A program made the position numbers and the translations under genes. A stretch of 32,439 nt of DNA from Octopus bimaculoides. Taxonomy: Eukaryota. The stretch is taken from positions 25,177,677 to 25,210,115 of the forward strand of contig NC_068996.1 in NCBI RefSeq assembly GCF_001194135.2. Reading direction: 5' to 3'. This document shows, in pieces, positions 1 to 11,110 of the stretch. Positions within the stretch are counted from its first letter, which is position 1; each line of letters begins with the position of its first letter. Under the pieces are notes generated by a model. That model made no database searches, was not told the DNA's origin, and saw only the letters and a program-made list of their open reading frames with translations.

Positions 1-43
1 GCTTGCTTACCAACCACATGGTTCTGGGTTCAGTCCCACAGAG
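1..43 (+). mobile_element. tRNA-derived SINE (family A), head fragment
   Basis: GCTTGCTTACCAACCACATGGTTCTGGGTTCAGTCCCAC matches the head (B-box-like GGTTCAGTCCC) of the full copy at 27621-28028. Confidence 0.7.
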
Positions 44-48
44 AGATT

Positions 49-82
<34 letters not shown>

Positions 83-406
83 TGGATTATGCCATGGAGG
101 AAGGAAATGTTCAATTTACGTGTTTGCTGACTGTACTGTTTAGGTGTCTCAATTGTTTATAATCAGGTGTAGAAGTGTATGAATGCGGTGTAGAGCATTA
201 AGTTGACAAAACTTTTAGAATATGTTATAAATTATTTATTAAAATTTGAAATGGTAACATTTGCTATATCACAGCAGGTAAACAATAATAAATGAAAAAA
301 TTTTTACAAATAACAAATTCAGTTGTGGCATTTGTGATGTAGCAATTGTTGTTTGTGTATCTATGTGTTTTTGCGTGTTTGAAAAGACAAAGCGTGTACA
401 AAAGAA

Positions 407-563
407 CCTTACTTGTATAACAGTTGTTGTAGCTATGCGTGCTCTCCAGCTAGTAGTTAGCCAGCAGTCGTGACGTCTTAATTAGACATATGACCATCCT
501 TGCGTAGCGTGTGCGGTCGTGCCAGCAACTCCCTTTGCTTGACCAAATGTCTCTCTATTTATA
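407..563 (-). promoter_or_regulatory. Candidate TATA promoter and short first exon ending in a splice donor
   Basis: Minus strand TATAAATA at 563-556; local CpG cluster (8 CpG in 421-600); donor CAA|GTAAGG at 413/412. Confidence 0.35.
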
Positions 564-979
564 ACATTTGGTGGTCACAGCGCTGAGAAGTGAAGCTATG
601 TCTGGCTAACGTTCCCTTGATTTATGGTGTTGAAGGTCAAGTGTTTTGGCTGTTAATTTTTGCCAGACATTTTCCTTGACATTTGTTATCTATCGTGAAT
701 CCCTTAGTTTTGAATGTGTGGTCTTTTGCTGGGAAAATGTACTTTTGACCGTGGGAAACATTTTCCTCTGAGGTCAAGTTGTGAGCTGAGAGATTTGGGT
801 TCAGTTTTGAGTCAAAATCTCTCACATATATATAGAAGAAAATGGATATAATAACAATGGGAAACTCATGGTTTTCGGTGGTATGTCTTTAATTAAATAG
901 ATAACAAAGGAGGAAGAAGCAGAGATGAGAGTAGCTACACTATATGGCCTCTTTAAAGAGGCCATAGGCCAACAAGTCT

Positions 980-1039
980 TAGGGTCTGATGATACGCCAT
1001 AAAGATACTCTTTGTTGTGAGAAACCCAGGGTAACCCTA
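980..1039 (+). ncRNA. Minimal type I hammerhead ribozyme (Penelope-type, probably dimer-dependent)
   Basis: Stem I TAGGGT 980-985/ACCCTA 1034-1039; core CTGATGA 986-992; imperfect stem II 993-1020; GAAA 1021-1024; stem III ACCC-A-GGGT 1024-1032; GUA cleavage triplet 1031-1033. Confidence 0.75.
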
Positions 1040-1059
1040 TAAACAGATATATATATATG

Positions 1060-1115
1060 TCATCATCATCATCATCATCATTGTTGTTTAATGTCCACTT
1101 TCCATGCTGGCATGG
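1060..1115 (-). mobile_element. Extreme 3' tail of RTE-family LINE ((TGA)n tail)
   Basis: Reverse complement matches the terminus CCATGCCAGCATGGAAA..GTTAAA(TGA)n at 4600-4645. Confidence 0.6.
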
Positions 1116-1127
1116 ATATATATATAT

Positions 1128-1318
1128 ATGAAGGGAAATAACCCTGAAATCCGGATACGTTCGTGCTGCTGGTCGAGGTGAGAGGGATAACTCCCTTGGC
1201 AAACAGGACACAGTCGTGTGTCGATAAGCCAGCTGGAGGAGATGTCCTCCTGGGGCTAAAAGCAACAGTAACATCCACCCCTAGGGGTCAGCCACACTTA
1301 AGTGGCAATATACTACAC
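1128..1318 (+). mobile_element. Short (TA)n-flanked repeat beginning with a 5'-truncated hammerhead motif; probable Penelope pLTR fragment
   Basis: ATGA-AGGG-AAATAA-CCCT-GAAA-TCCGGA-TA at 1128-1157; (TA)n on both sides; identical copy at 1641-1831 across the gap. Confidence 0.5.
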
Positions 1319-2718
1319 TATATATATATATTTGNNNNNNNNNNNNNNNNNNNNNNNNNNNNNNNNNNNNNNNNNNNNNNNNNNNNNNNNNNNNNNNNNN
1401 NNNNNNNNNNNNNNNNNNNNNNNNNNNNNNNNNNNNNNNNNNNNNNNNNNNNNNNNNNNNNNNNNNNNNNNNNNNNNNNNNNNNNNNNNNNNNNNNNNNN
1501 NNNNNNNNNNNNNNNNNNNNNNNNNNNNNNNNNNNNNNNNNNNNNNNNNNNNNNNNNNNNNNNNNNNNNNNNNNNNNNNNNNNNNNNNNNNNNNNNNNNN
1601 NNNNNNNNNNNNNNNNNNNNNNNNNNNNNNNNNNNNNNNTATGAAGGGAAATAACCCTGAAATCCGGATACGTTCGTGCTGCTGGTCGAGGTGAGAGGGA
1701 TAACTCCCTTGGCAAACAGGACACAGTCGTGTGTCGATAAGCCAGCTGGAGGAGATGTCCTCCTGGGGCTAAAAGCAACAGTAACATCCACCCCTAGGGG
1801 TCAGCCACACTTAAGTGGCAATATACTACACTATATATATATATTTGTTTATAATCTAAATAATAAAACAAATATTTTCACACATCTTTAATGATCAGTT
1901 ACAATTGTTTCTGTAACAACTCTACTTGCAACACCAGTTTATGTAAAAGATCAAAGTGAAAATTTACATAATATTTGTGGTTTTATATATTAGAGTAGCA
2001 CTTTATCAAACTTGCATCAAAGGTGCACTCATACATTGTGCATCTTCCAGATATTGTTTTTTGCTTATATCAGGTAGAGGGTGTTTCCGTCTTTCTGTTT
2101 GTATTTGTCTGGCACTGCTGCACAACTACTATAGGTTTGGTAATGGCTTCCATAACTTCAACAAAATAAAGATATAAAAAAAAAATTGAAGTACCAAACT
2201 TTAAATAAGTACTAAATCCATCAAAGCAATGCCTCAGCATTGTTGTAGTCCATTGACTAAAACAAATGCACCAATCCCAAAAGAATTTTAATAAGTATTT
2301 ATAAACTTTTCATCCAAATGGTGGGACTTTATCTGTTTTATTCTTGTGATTCTCAGACACATGAAATTTATATAGGTTCTTTAAATGGTTAAAATTCTTC
2401 AAGTTAAAAGGAGAGAACAAAATAAAAATTTAAACTGCTGATGCCTACATTGGTGCTATGGGTAAAATAAGTAAAATAAAACAGCTTTTATTCTGTTATT
2501 TTTTAATATTATTTTATACTGCATTTGATGCACAACAGTAGCAATTGCTACATGTTTCCAAAAGGCCAATCAGTGGTTCATCCTATTACTGTTGGTGAGA
2601 ATGGTAAGAGATTGTTAGTACAGGTAGACCAAACTTCACACAGGGACTTTTGTGAAAGCATTGTTTTTTTGTTATTTTGTTTTTTGATTTTCCTTATTAT
2701 AATTATGTTGATATAAAG

Positions 2719-2765
<47 letters not shown>

Positions 2766-2773
<8 letters not shown>

Positions 2774-3043
2774 CATGTGATAGCCTGATCAGCCAGACTA
2801 GTGAATGTTATACATCGCTGGTCACAATACACTTTCCATAATTTTTTAGGTGAGCAAATCAACATTTTCCCTGATTGGAAGGTTAGTCCATTGCAGGGTT
2901 ACTCATTTGCAGCTGAGCAGACTACAAGAATGTGAAATGATGTATTTTGCTCAAGAGCACAACATGCCACTCGATCTGGAAATTGAACCTGCAATGTAGC
3001 AACTGTGAGGACAACACCCAACCACTAGGTCATGCACCTTCAC
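2766..3043 (-). mobile_element. tRNA-derived SINE (family B) with central Meta/V-domain-like sequence
   Basis: Minus strand: A-box-like TGACCTAGTGG, B-box-like GGTTCAATTTCC, then CTTGAGCAAA..CTCAGCTG..AAATGAGTAACCCTGCAATGGACTA; domain names from recollection only. Confidence 0.55.
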
Positions 3044-3075
3044 ACACTCAGGTGTGTGTGTATGTGTGTGTGTGT

Positions 3076-3262
3076 TGGTACAGGCATGGCGGTGTTTAGG
3101 TGCAAATGTGTTTATGTTGGTAAGAATTGTCTTCTTAACCACATGGTTTTTGGGTTCAGTCCCACCATGTGGTACTTCAGGCATATGTCTTCTACAGTAG
3201 ACCCAGGCCAACTAACATTTTGTGAGTGAATTTGGTAGTCAGGCATTGAAAGAAACCTGTCA
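3076..3262 (+). mobile_element. SINE family A, diverged 5' half
   Basis: Colinear with 27621-27775 (AACCACATGG..GGGTTCAGTCCCAC..TGTGAGTG.ATTTGGTAG..GAAAGAA). Confidence 0.7.
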
Positions 3263-3276
3263 TATATATTTGTATT

Positions 3277-3375
3277 GGGAGGGTCTTTGTATTTAAGAGC
3301 AACCCTGTGTCCCGCTAACCCTCCCTCCCCCAGATAGTGGGACACAGGGTTGCTCTTAAATACAAAGACCGTCCC
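3277..3375. repeat. Long hairpin: 41-bp arms (32-bp perfect core), 17-nt loop
   Basis: 3282-3313 is the exact reverse complement of 3339-3370; one mismatch each in the outer and inner extensions. Confidence 0.95.
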
Positions 3376-4645
3376 GGGTGAAGAATGTAGCCCCCCAGCA
3401 TAGGCTACTCATTAGTGACTTTAGGCTCGAGGCCAGAAGGATACCAAAAGGCAGACCAATCCAAAAAGGAGGATTTGAAAGCTAAAGAACCCTTCACATG
3501 GTCAGAGATTTAGGGACATCCTCATCAAGAAATTTGATGAGAGGGAGGAGGAGTTACAGACATCGGTCATAGAAGTTAGCTGGAAATTCCTATGGGACAG
3601 CTTATTGAGCACCACAGACCAAATCTGCAGCTAGTGCAAAGTCCCTTTCAGACCTAGAGTAATGTGGTGGTGGAATAATACAGTAGACAAAGCCATTAGA
3701 GCAAAGAAACAGGCCTGGAAAGCCTGGAAGGGTAGGAGTAGCAGGGAACTGTACCAGGTAGCCAAAAGGGAAGCTGGGCGGCAGGTATACATAGCCAAAA
3801 GCGAAGCAGAAAAGAAGAAGTTTGTCAATGTCCAGTGACGTGAGGACTGCTGGATGTGTAATGTCAGTGCGCATACACAACAGAGTATAAGTGCCCTGAG
3901 AGAAATGTTGGACATAAGAAGCATCGGATGTGGTGTGCAAGAGAGACTTTGTGCTGGTATGGTCATGTACTATGGATGGATGAGGAGAGCTGTGTGAAGT
4001 GCCACTCCCAAACAGTTGAAGGAATCTGGAGTAGAGGTAGACCCAAGAAGACATGGGATGAGATAGTCAAGCATGACCTTTGAACGCTGGGCCTCACAGA
4101 GGCAATGACGAAAGACCAAGGCCTCTGGAGATATGCTGTGACTGCGAAGACCTGACAAATAAAGTGAGTTCATGGTTGTATCCTATACCAGTTTTGCATA
4201 ACCAGCCCCAGCCCATTCAAAAGTACCATGGATCATAGGGCGACCTGCTGTGCTTGAGGAGACCTATTGAGTCAAGTACATCAACATCAAAATGAAAATC
4301 AAATGGAAATTGTAGTTGTAATACCCGTACCGGTGCCATGTAAAAAGCACCATTCGAACACGGCCGATGCCAGCGCTGTCTTGACTGGCTTCCGTGCCGG
4401 TGGCACGTAAAAAGCACCAACTAATCGTGGCCATTGCCAGCCTCCTCTGGCCCCTGTGCCAGTGGCACGTAAAAAGCACCCACTACACACATGGAGTGGT
4501 TGGCATTAAGAAGGGCATCCAGCTGTAGAAACACTGCCAGATCAGACTGGAGCCTGGTGCAGTCTCCTGGCTTCCCAGACCCCGGTCGAACCGTCCAACC
4601 CATGCCAGCATGGAAAACGAACGTTAAATGATGATGATGATGATG
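3335..4645 (+). mobile_element. RTE-clade LINE, 5'-truncated and internally deleted (endonuclease C-terminus joined to RT C-terminus, full 3' UTR, (TGA)n tail)
   Basis: Translates as ..LLNTKTVPGEECSPQHRLLISDFRL.. (APE end); junction near 3848 skips the region present in copy 28118-29770; downstream matches 31433-31760 and 30834-31050. Confidence 0.85.
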
Positions 4646-4901
4646 TTTGTTTATATATACATATATGCATGTATGATTGTGTGTGTGTGTTTGTGCTTGT
4701 ATATGTGTGTGTAATGTGTATAATTCCTTGACTTTGTATCCTGTGATAGTCATAAAATAGGTCACTGACATACAAGTGGTTTGTTTTTAATCTTTCAAGA
4801 AAATTTGTCAAGTCACAGGTTTTCCTAGAACCTGTGTGACCTAGAAACAAGGAAACAGGTGAGGGTTGACAACTGGTAAAGCATCTGACCATAAAAAAAT
4901 T

Positions 4902-5364
<463 letters not shown>

Positions 5365-5779
5365 GTACATATATTTGAAACGTACTTTTAATTAACTGTG
5401 TTCACTTGATATGCCATTTGAAAGTGCAGATTTTGGTTTATTGATTTATAGCTAATGGATTTGGTTTCATTTCCATCATTGTTTATTTTAGGCCATCCGA
5501 TTAAAGGTGAAAAATTATAAGTTTGAGTGATTTTATTATATGTGTTCAAACAAAACAGCACGCTGTGGAAGCTGTTCACAATATCAAACCTGTACAACTT
5601 AAAATTGGTTCCAAAATTTTGTTGTGGAACAAGAGCCTAGAAAATTAGCAAGGCCACTGATGGACTTCTATAATTGACAATAACCAGTTGAGGGCCATTA
5701 TAGACTGCAGACCAATGCAAAACAACTCAAAAGGTTGTAGTACAATTAAGCACTGACCATTCAAGTGTTAGTTGATATT

Positions 5780-6360
5780 TGCACATTGACTGAAAATGAA
5801 AAATCTCTACAAATGGCTACCACAGAAGCTGAATGAAAAAAGAATGTTGTTATGGAGTCTGCTCAACAAAATGATCCTTTTTTTTTTTTTATCTTATCAT
5901 GACATGGAATGTAAAAAATATGGATCCAAAACAACAAACAACTGGTGGCATTCAGAACAGTTACTGAACTGAAGCAAGAGGTTAAATACTTTCCAAAGGC
6001 AAAGATGCATCAAATGAAGGTTGTGATCATTGCTACATGATTGGGAAATGGAATCACACATCATTATTTCTTGAATCCTGTTTGAACTATCACAACAATG
6101 TCATATCATCAAAAAATTTTCAACATGCTCCAAAAACTTCGGTTATGTTCACTATTGGTCATATGAACAGAGCCAATTTTCCTCTGTGACAACACATGTC
6201 TAGCAAATGACTATTAGAAATTTAATCGGGCAGTTACCCTCTCCTTCATTCAGTTTACTCTCCACATGCAACAGTGATCAATGACAACTTTCTTCAATCA
6301 TTTTGATAAATGTTAGTGAAAGATTTTCAACAACTCAGCAGTAGCCCTAATCACTTTTGG
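5780..6360 (+). pseudogene. Heavily decayed mariner transposase relic
   Basis: Fragmentary motifs in shifting frames resembling NDPFL..IVTxDEKW, PKAKMHQMKV..HHxFLNP, PIxLxDN, HxxYSP; many stops; boundaries approximate. Confidence 0.55.
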
Positions 6361-6724
6361 AGAATTCATATATATACATCTACTTGTACGTTTATGTATA
6401 TATCTGTGTTTTTAATGTTTATTTTTCTCCATGCCCTCATAATTTTGAAAAAAACATCATAAAACAGCATTGTACTCCCACTTGCCATTCTTGACACTGA
6501 TCGTTATTTGTTTTGCAAATAAGGCAACTGCTTTCACGTGATGTTGCAGATCAAAATGCCTATTCTAGGGTATATTGTTTATCTGGGTCATAAACAAATA
6601 TAATTACTTGCCCAAGCTGTGACAATATGAAGATATACAAGCACATATACATCACACACACACACACACACATTTGTATATCTATCTATCTACCTATTTA
6701 TCTATCAATCTATGTATCTATTTA

Positions 6725-6744
6725 TCTCTCTCTCTCTCTCTTTC

Positions 6745-6802
<58 letters not shown>

Positions 6803-6845
6803 NNNNNNNNNNNNNNNNNNNNNNNNNNNNNNNNNNNNNNNNNNN

Positions 6846-6926
<81 letters not shown>

Positions 6927-6945
6927 ATATATATATATATATATA
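6725..6945. repeat. (CT)n then (TA)n microsatellite with gap
   Basis: Direct inspection. Confidence 0.95.
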
Positions 6946-7096
6946 TGCACACATATGAAGGAATACCCAAAAAAACCCAGATAGTTATGGCTGGTCTATG
7001 GGGTTAACTGGGTTTCACATCCATAAAGCACTCAACTGTACAGTATCTCTCAGACCCTAATAGCTGGTGGTCTATATATATATATATGTATATATA

Positions 7097-7303
7097 TCAT
7101 CATCATCATCATCATCATCGTTTAACGTCCGCTTTCCATGCTAGCATGGGTTGGACGATTTGACTGAGGACTGGTGAAACCGGATGGCAACACCAGGCTC
7201 CAATCTAATTTGGCAGAGTTTCTACAGCTGGATGCCCTTCCTAACGCCAACCACTCAGAGAGTGTAGTGGGTGCTTTTACGTGTCACCCGCACGAAAACG
7301 GCC
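7097..7303 (-). mobile_element. RTE LINE 3' end, runs into gap
   Basis: Near-identical to 30834-31080; (CAT)n on the plus strand is the (TGA)n tail. Confidence 0.85.
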
Positions 7304-7962
7304 NNNNNNNNNNNNNNNNNNNNNNNNNNNNNNNNNNNNNNNNNNNNNNNNNNNNNNNNNNNNNNNNNNNNNNNNNNNNNNNNNNNNNNNNNNNNNNNNN
7401 NNNNNNNNNNNNNNNNNNNNNNNNNNNNNNNNNNNNNNNNNNNNNNNNNNNNNNNNNNNNNNNNNNNNNNNNNNNNNNNNNNNNNNNNNNNNNNNNNNNN
7501 NNNNNNNNNNNNNNNNNNNNNNNNNNNNNNNNNNNNNNNNNNNNNNNNNNNNNNNNNNNNNNNNNNNNNNNNNNNNNNNNNNNNNNNNNNNNNNNNNNNN
7601 NNNNNNNNNNNNNNNNNNNNNNNNNNNNNNNNNNNNNNNNNNNNNNNNNNNNNNNNNNNNNNNNNNNNNNNNNNNNNNNNNNNNNNNNNNNNNNNNNNNN
7701 NNNNNNNNNNNNNNNNNNNNNNNNNNNNNNNNNNNNNNNNNNNNNNNNNNNNNNNNNNNNNNNNNNNNNNNNNNNNNNNNNNNNNNNNNNNNNNNNNNNN
7801 NNNNNNNNNNNNNNNNNNNNNNNNNNNNNNNNNNNNNNNNNNNNNNNNNNNNNNNNNNNNNNNNNNNNNNNNNNNNNNNNNNNNNNNNNNNNNNNNNNNN
7901 NNNNNNNNNNNNNNNNNNNNNNNNNNNNNNNNNNNNNNNNNNNNNNNNNNNNNNNNNNNNNN

Positions 7963-8020
<58 letters not shown>

Positions 8021-8317
8021 CGTGCTTGTGCGTGTGAGGCTGGTTTGTGCACTAACATACTGCCTCATGGTTCAGTATTTCCTCATCCAGTAACATCAGA
8101 ATGCCCTACCCTCTTGGTACATACAATAAACCCCTATTTCACTACGTTTGTTAAAGAGGTTATTTTTTTCATTAGATAAAATAATCTGTAACTTTTCCTT
8201 TGTACACAACTCATACAAATTTCTACCTCCTTGGTCAGGTATTGCACACCTCAATACTAACCAATTCAATTTAAAGCAAATTCTATTATCGTTTAAATCA
8301 TGGACATATTCTGCTAG

Positions 8318-8753
8318 TGAGGTGGAATGCATGCCAAAAGAAGCATTTGACCTAGACTGCCTTCTTCCAACTGTTAAACATAGAGGAAGATCTATAATGA
8401 TCTGGGGGCTATATCTTGGAAATCCACTAGCCCAATGATTTCCCTTCATGGTAGAATTAATAGTCAAGACTATTTAAGCATTTTATCTGATCAAATTCAT
8501 TCTATGGTTACGGAACTATTTCCGGAGGGAAACGCAATCTTTCAGGATGATAATGCACCAATTCACACAGCTAAAATTGTTACTGAATGGCACAAGGAAA
8601 ATTCTAGTGAAGTTGAACATCTTATCTGGCCACCACAGTCCCCAGATCTCAATATTATTGAACATTTATGGTGCATTTTAGAAAAACAAGTAAGGAGTCA
8701 ATATCCTCCACTATCATCACTACAAGAACTGGAGATTGTTTTAGGTGAAGAAT
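8318..8753 (+). mobile_element. Tc1-superfamily transposase fragment, DD36E spacing, frameshifted
   Basis: PTVKHRGRSIMIWG / IFQDDNAPIHTAK..WPPQSPDLNIIEHLW; 36 residues between the second D and E; homologous to 18803-20045. Confidence 0.9.
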
Positions 8754-9069
8754 NNNNNNNNNNNNNNNNNNNNNNNNNNNNNNNNNNNNNNNNNNNNNNN
8801 NNNNNNNNNNNNNNNNNNNNNNNNNNNNNNNNNNNNNNNNNNNNNNNNNNNNNNNNNNNNNNNNNNNNNNNNNNNNNNNNNNNNNNNNNNNNNNNNNNNN
8901 NNNNNNNNNNNNNNNNNNNNNNNNNNNNNNNNNNNNNNNNNNNNNNNNNNNNNNNNNNNNNNNNNNNNNNNNNNNNNNNNNNNNNNNNNNNNNNNNNNNN
9001 NNNNNNNNNNNNNNNNNNNNNNNNNNNNNNNNNNNNNNNNNNNNNNNNNNNNNNNNTATATATATATAT

Positions 9070-9660
9070 AAGAAATAATTGAGATTCAGTTGAATTAGGT
9101 ACTTAAGTTGAAGCACCAAGTCAGTCCAGTATTCTCCGCACAGCTTGAAGTAAGGTGAATAAAATCAAAATAAGCAACAGGATATCAAGTAGTGATGCAG
9201 TACAACCATTTCAAGCGGCTCCATTTAATTGAACAATGCAATCATTACATCAACTTAAATGCAATGTCATATTCAGCTGAACAAACAAATAAATGGAATT
9301 TTAACAGGTAGGAGACATTAATATAATTTTTCTCAAATATTTTAACAGAGTAAGAAGATGGAAGAAATTCATGTTGTTGCTATTGTAGCTAAGAATAGAC
9401 TACAGTTCTATATGTATATACTTACATCTATACGTATATATATATATATATGCATATGTAGGCACAGGACGTTATGAAACATGTACAATAAAAAAGTACG
9501 AAGCATGAGTACATGGAGCATGAACTATTCTTTCGAACAACGAAAGACACTAATAGAAAACAAAACAAACATAAAGAACGACCCTTCATCAGTTGTTGAC
9601 TGTTTTTCTAGTCTCTTTTTTTTTTTAGCATTTAACAACAATATATGCTTTCAATAAAAC
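9070..9660. repeat. Probable interspersed repeat(s) of unknown class between (TA)n tracts
   Basis: Non-coding, bounded by TA microsatellites; GAAA-CATG-TA at 9476-9485 resembles a decayed hammerhead 3' half. Confidence 0.3.
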
Positions 9661-10091
9661 AGTTGCTCCCACAAATCAAATTAAATAAAATTTGGGATTT
9701 TGTGGAAGGTCAAAATAGGTAACACAAACAGGAGAGTGAAAACAACCAGGAAGGGCTCCTGAGCCTAAATGAGGTTGTGGTGGCGAATGCGTAAATCCAG
9801 CTAGGACAGGAGACAAACAAGAGCATGTCTTCCTTGTTCCAGCTACAACAGAGAGAAAGAAAGATGGCCGATAGTCACGTGGGAGCCACGTGAGGAAGGG
9901 AGGAGGAGTGAGGGAGAGAGAGTGACAGAGTAATAGGATAGAATAGTGGGAGAAGAGGAGGTAAAAGAATAAGAGAGAGAAGAACAAAAGCGAAAGAGTA
10001 AAAGGATCATATAGAGTGCGCATCAGAATTATTAAGATTAAACTTACTTGGAAGAGGATGTGTGGTGTTCAATCATATAATAATATAAATG

Positions 10092-11110
10092 TATAGGAAA
10101 ATGTATTGTTGAAAATGCACCTAAATTTCAAAAACTCGTAAATGTGGTTTATATATAAACCACAGCTGAATATCCTTTAGAAAGAAGAAAAAGCAGTAAA
10201 AAGAAAAGAAAAAAGACTTAATTTGAATACAAAAAACAACCAGGAACAACAAAATTTTTTTAAAACTTTAGTAACAATCTTCCGACCGTGTTCCGAAACT
10301 GCAACTCCAAATCACCATACAAACACCAGTTGCTGACGTCACCTACCTGTAGTCTAATGAAATTTTACAAACACCTGTTGCTGACGTCACCTAACTCCAG
10401 ATCAATCAAAACTGAACTTCAGCAAATAAAACAAAACGGCCCTTTAAGAGAACCAACCAACTGGAATGACTTATGACTGTCTCCACAGGGAAACCAACCA
10501 AGCAGAACGACAAGAATGACCGCAGGGAAAAAGAAAAGTCACCAGTGTTTTAACGAATCAAAAATCAGATCTGCTCGTGGAAAAAATTATAAATACATCT
10601 AGTCCCAAGACATACCACTACAAGTGAAAGTGTCTACAGAAAGAGGATCAGAGAAGCTGTAAACCAAATTCCTTTTTTTACTATTTTCATTTTTCCCTTG
10701 TTGTTTTTCAGTATGACTTGTTGACCACCACTAAAATTAATGAACTTTGTTCATTCAAACAAATTGATATACAGTTTTAATATTAGTGACTGCTGTGAAC
10801 ATTCAAACTTACACCTGTCCTCCTAATTCATAATGCTAAATTTATCTGTTTTGAACATGTTAATTTGTCAACATTGAAACATCCTAATTTGTCAACATTG
10901 AACCATTTTAATTTGTCGACATTGAAACATTTTAATTTGTCAACATTGAAACTTTTAAAGATGTTTTTCTAATTCATAACTTTAAACTTTTACCATTGAT
11001 AAACAAAAAATATTGTTGAAACTTGTTTGGTATATATGTAAATAAATGTATTTTAAACATTTACAAGTTTTTGAAATTTAGGTGCATTTTCAACAACATA
11101 TTTTCCCATA
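10092..11110. mobile_element. About 1-kb cassette bounded by 54-bp inverted repeats (Penelope-like fold-back or MITE)
   Basis: 10092-10145 vs reverse complement of 11057-11110: 50/54 identical; TA-rich flanks. Confidence 0.6.
10861..10956. repeat. Minisatellite, 4 x 24 bp (TAATTTGTCAACATTGAAACATTT)
   Basis: Units start at 10861, 10885, 10909, 10933. Confidence 0.9.

Noticed and set aside
1128-1846. Apparent tandem duplication of a 200-bp unit across the N-gap
   Set aside because: Copies are identical including the TTTG flank at the contig edge; most likely overlapping contig ends
7160-7186. CTGAGGA..GAAACCGGAT as a hammerhead in the LINE tail antisense
   Set aside because: Only 5 nt between core halves with no stem II, and no stem I
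9520-9600. Minus-strand CTGATGA..GAAA as a hammerhead
   Set aside because: Stems II and III could not be paired convincingly
10861-10956. 24-bp repeats as a CRISPR-like array
   Set aside because: Head-to-tail with no unique spacers; eukaryotic context
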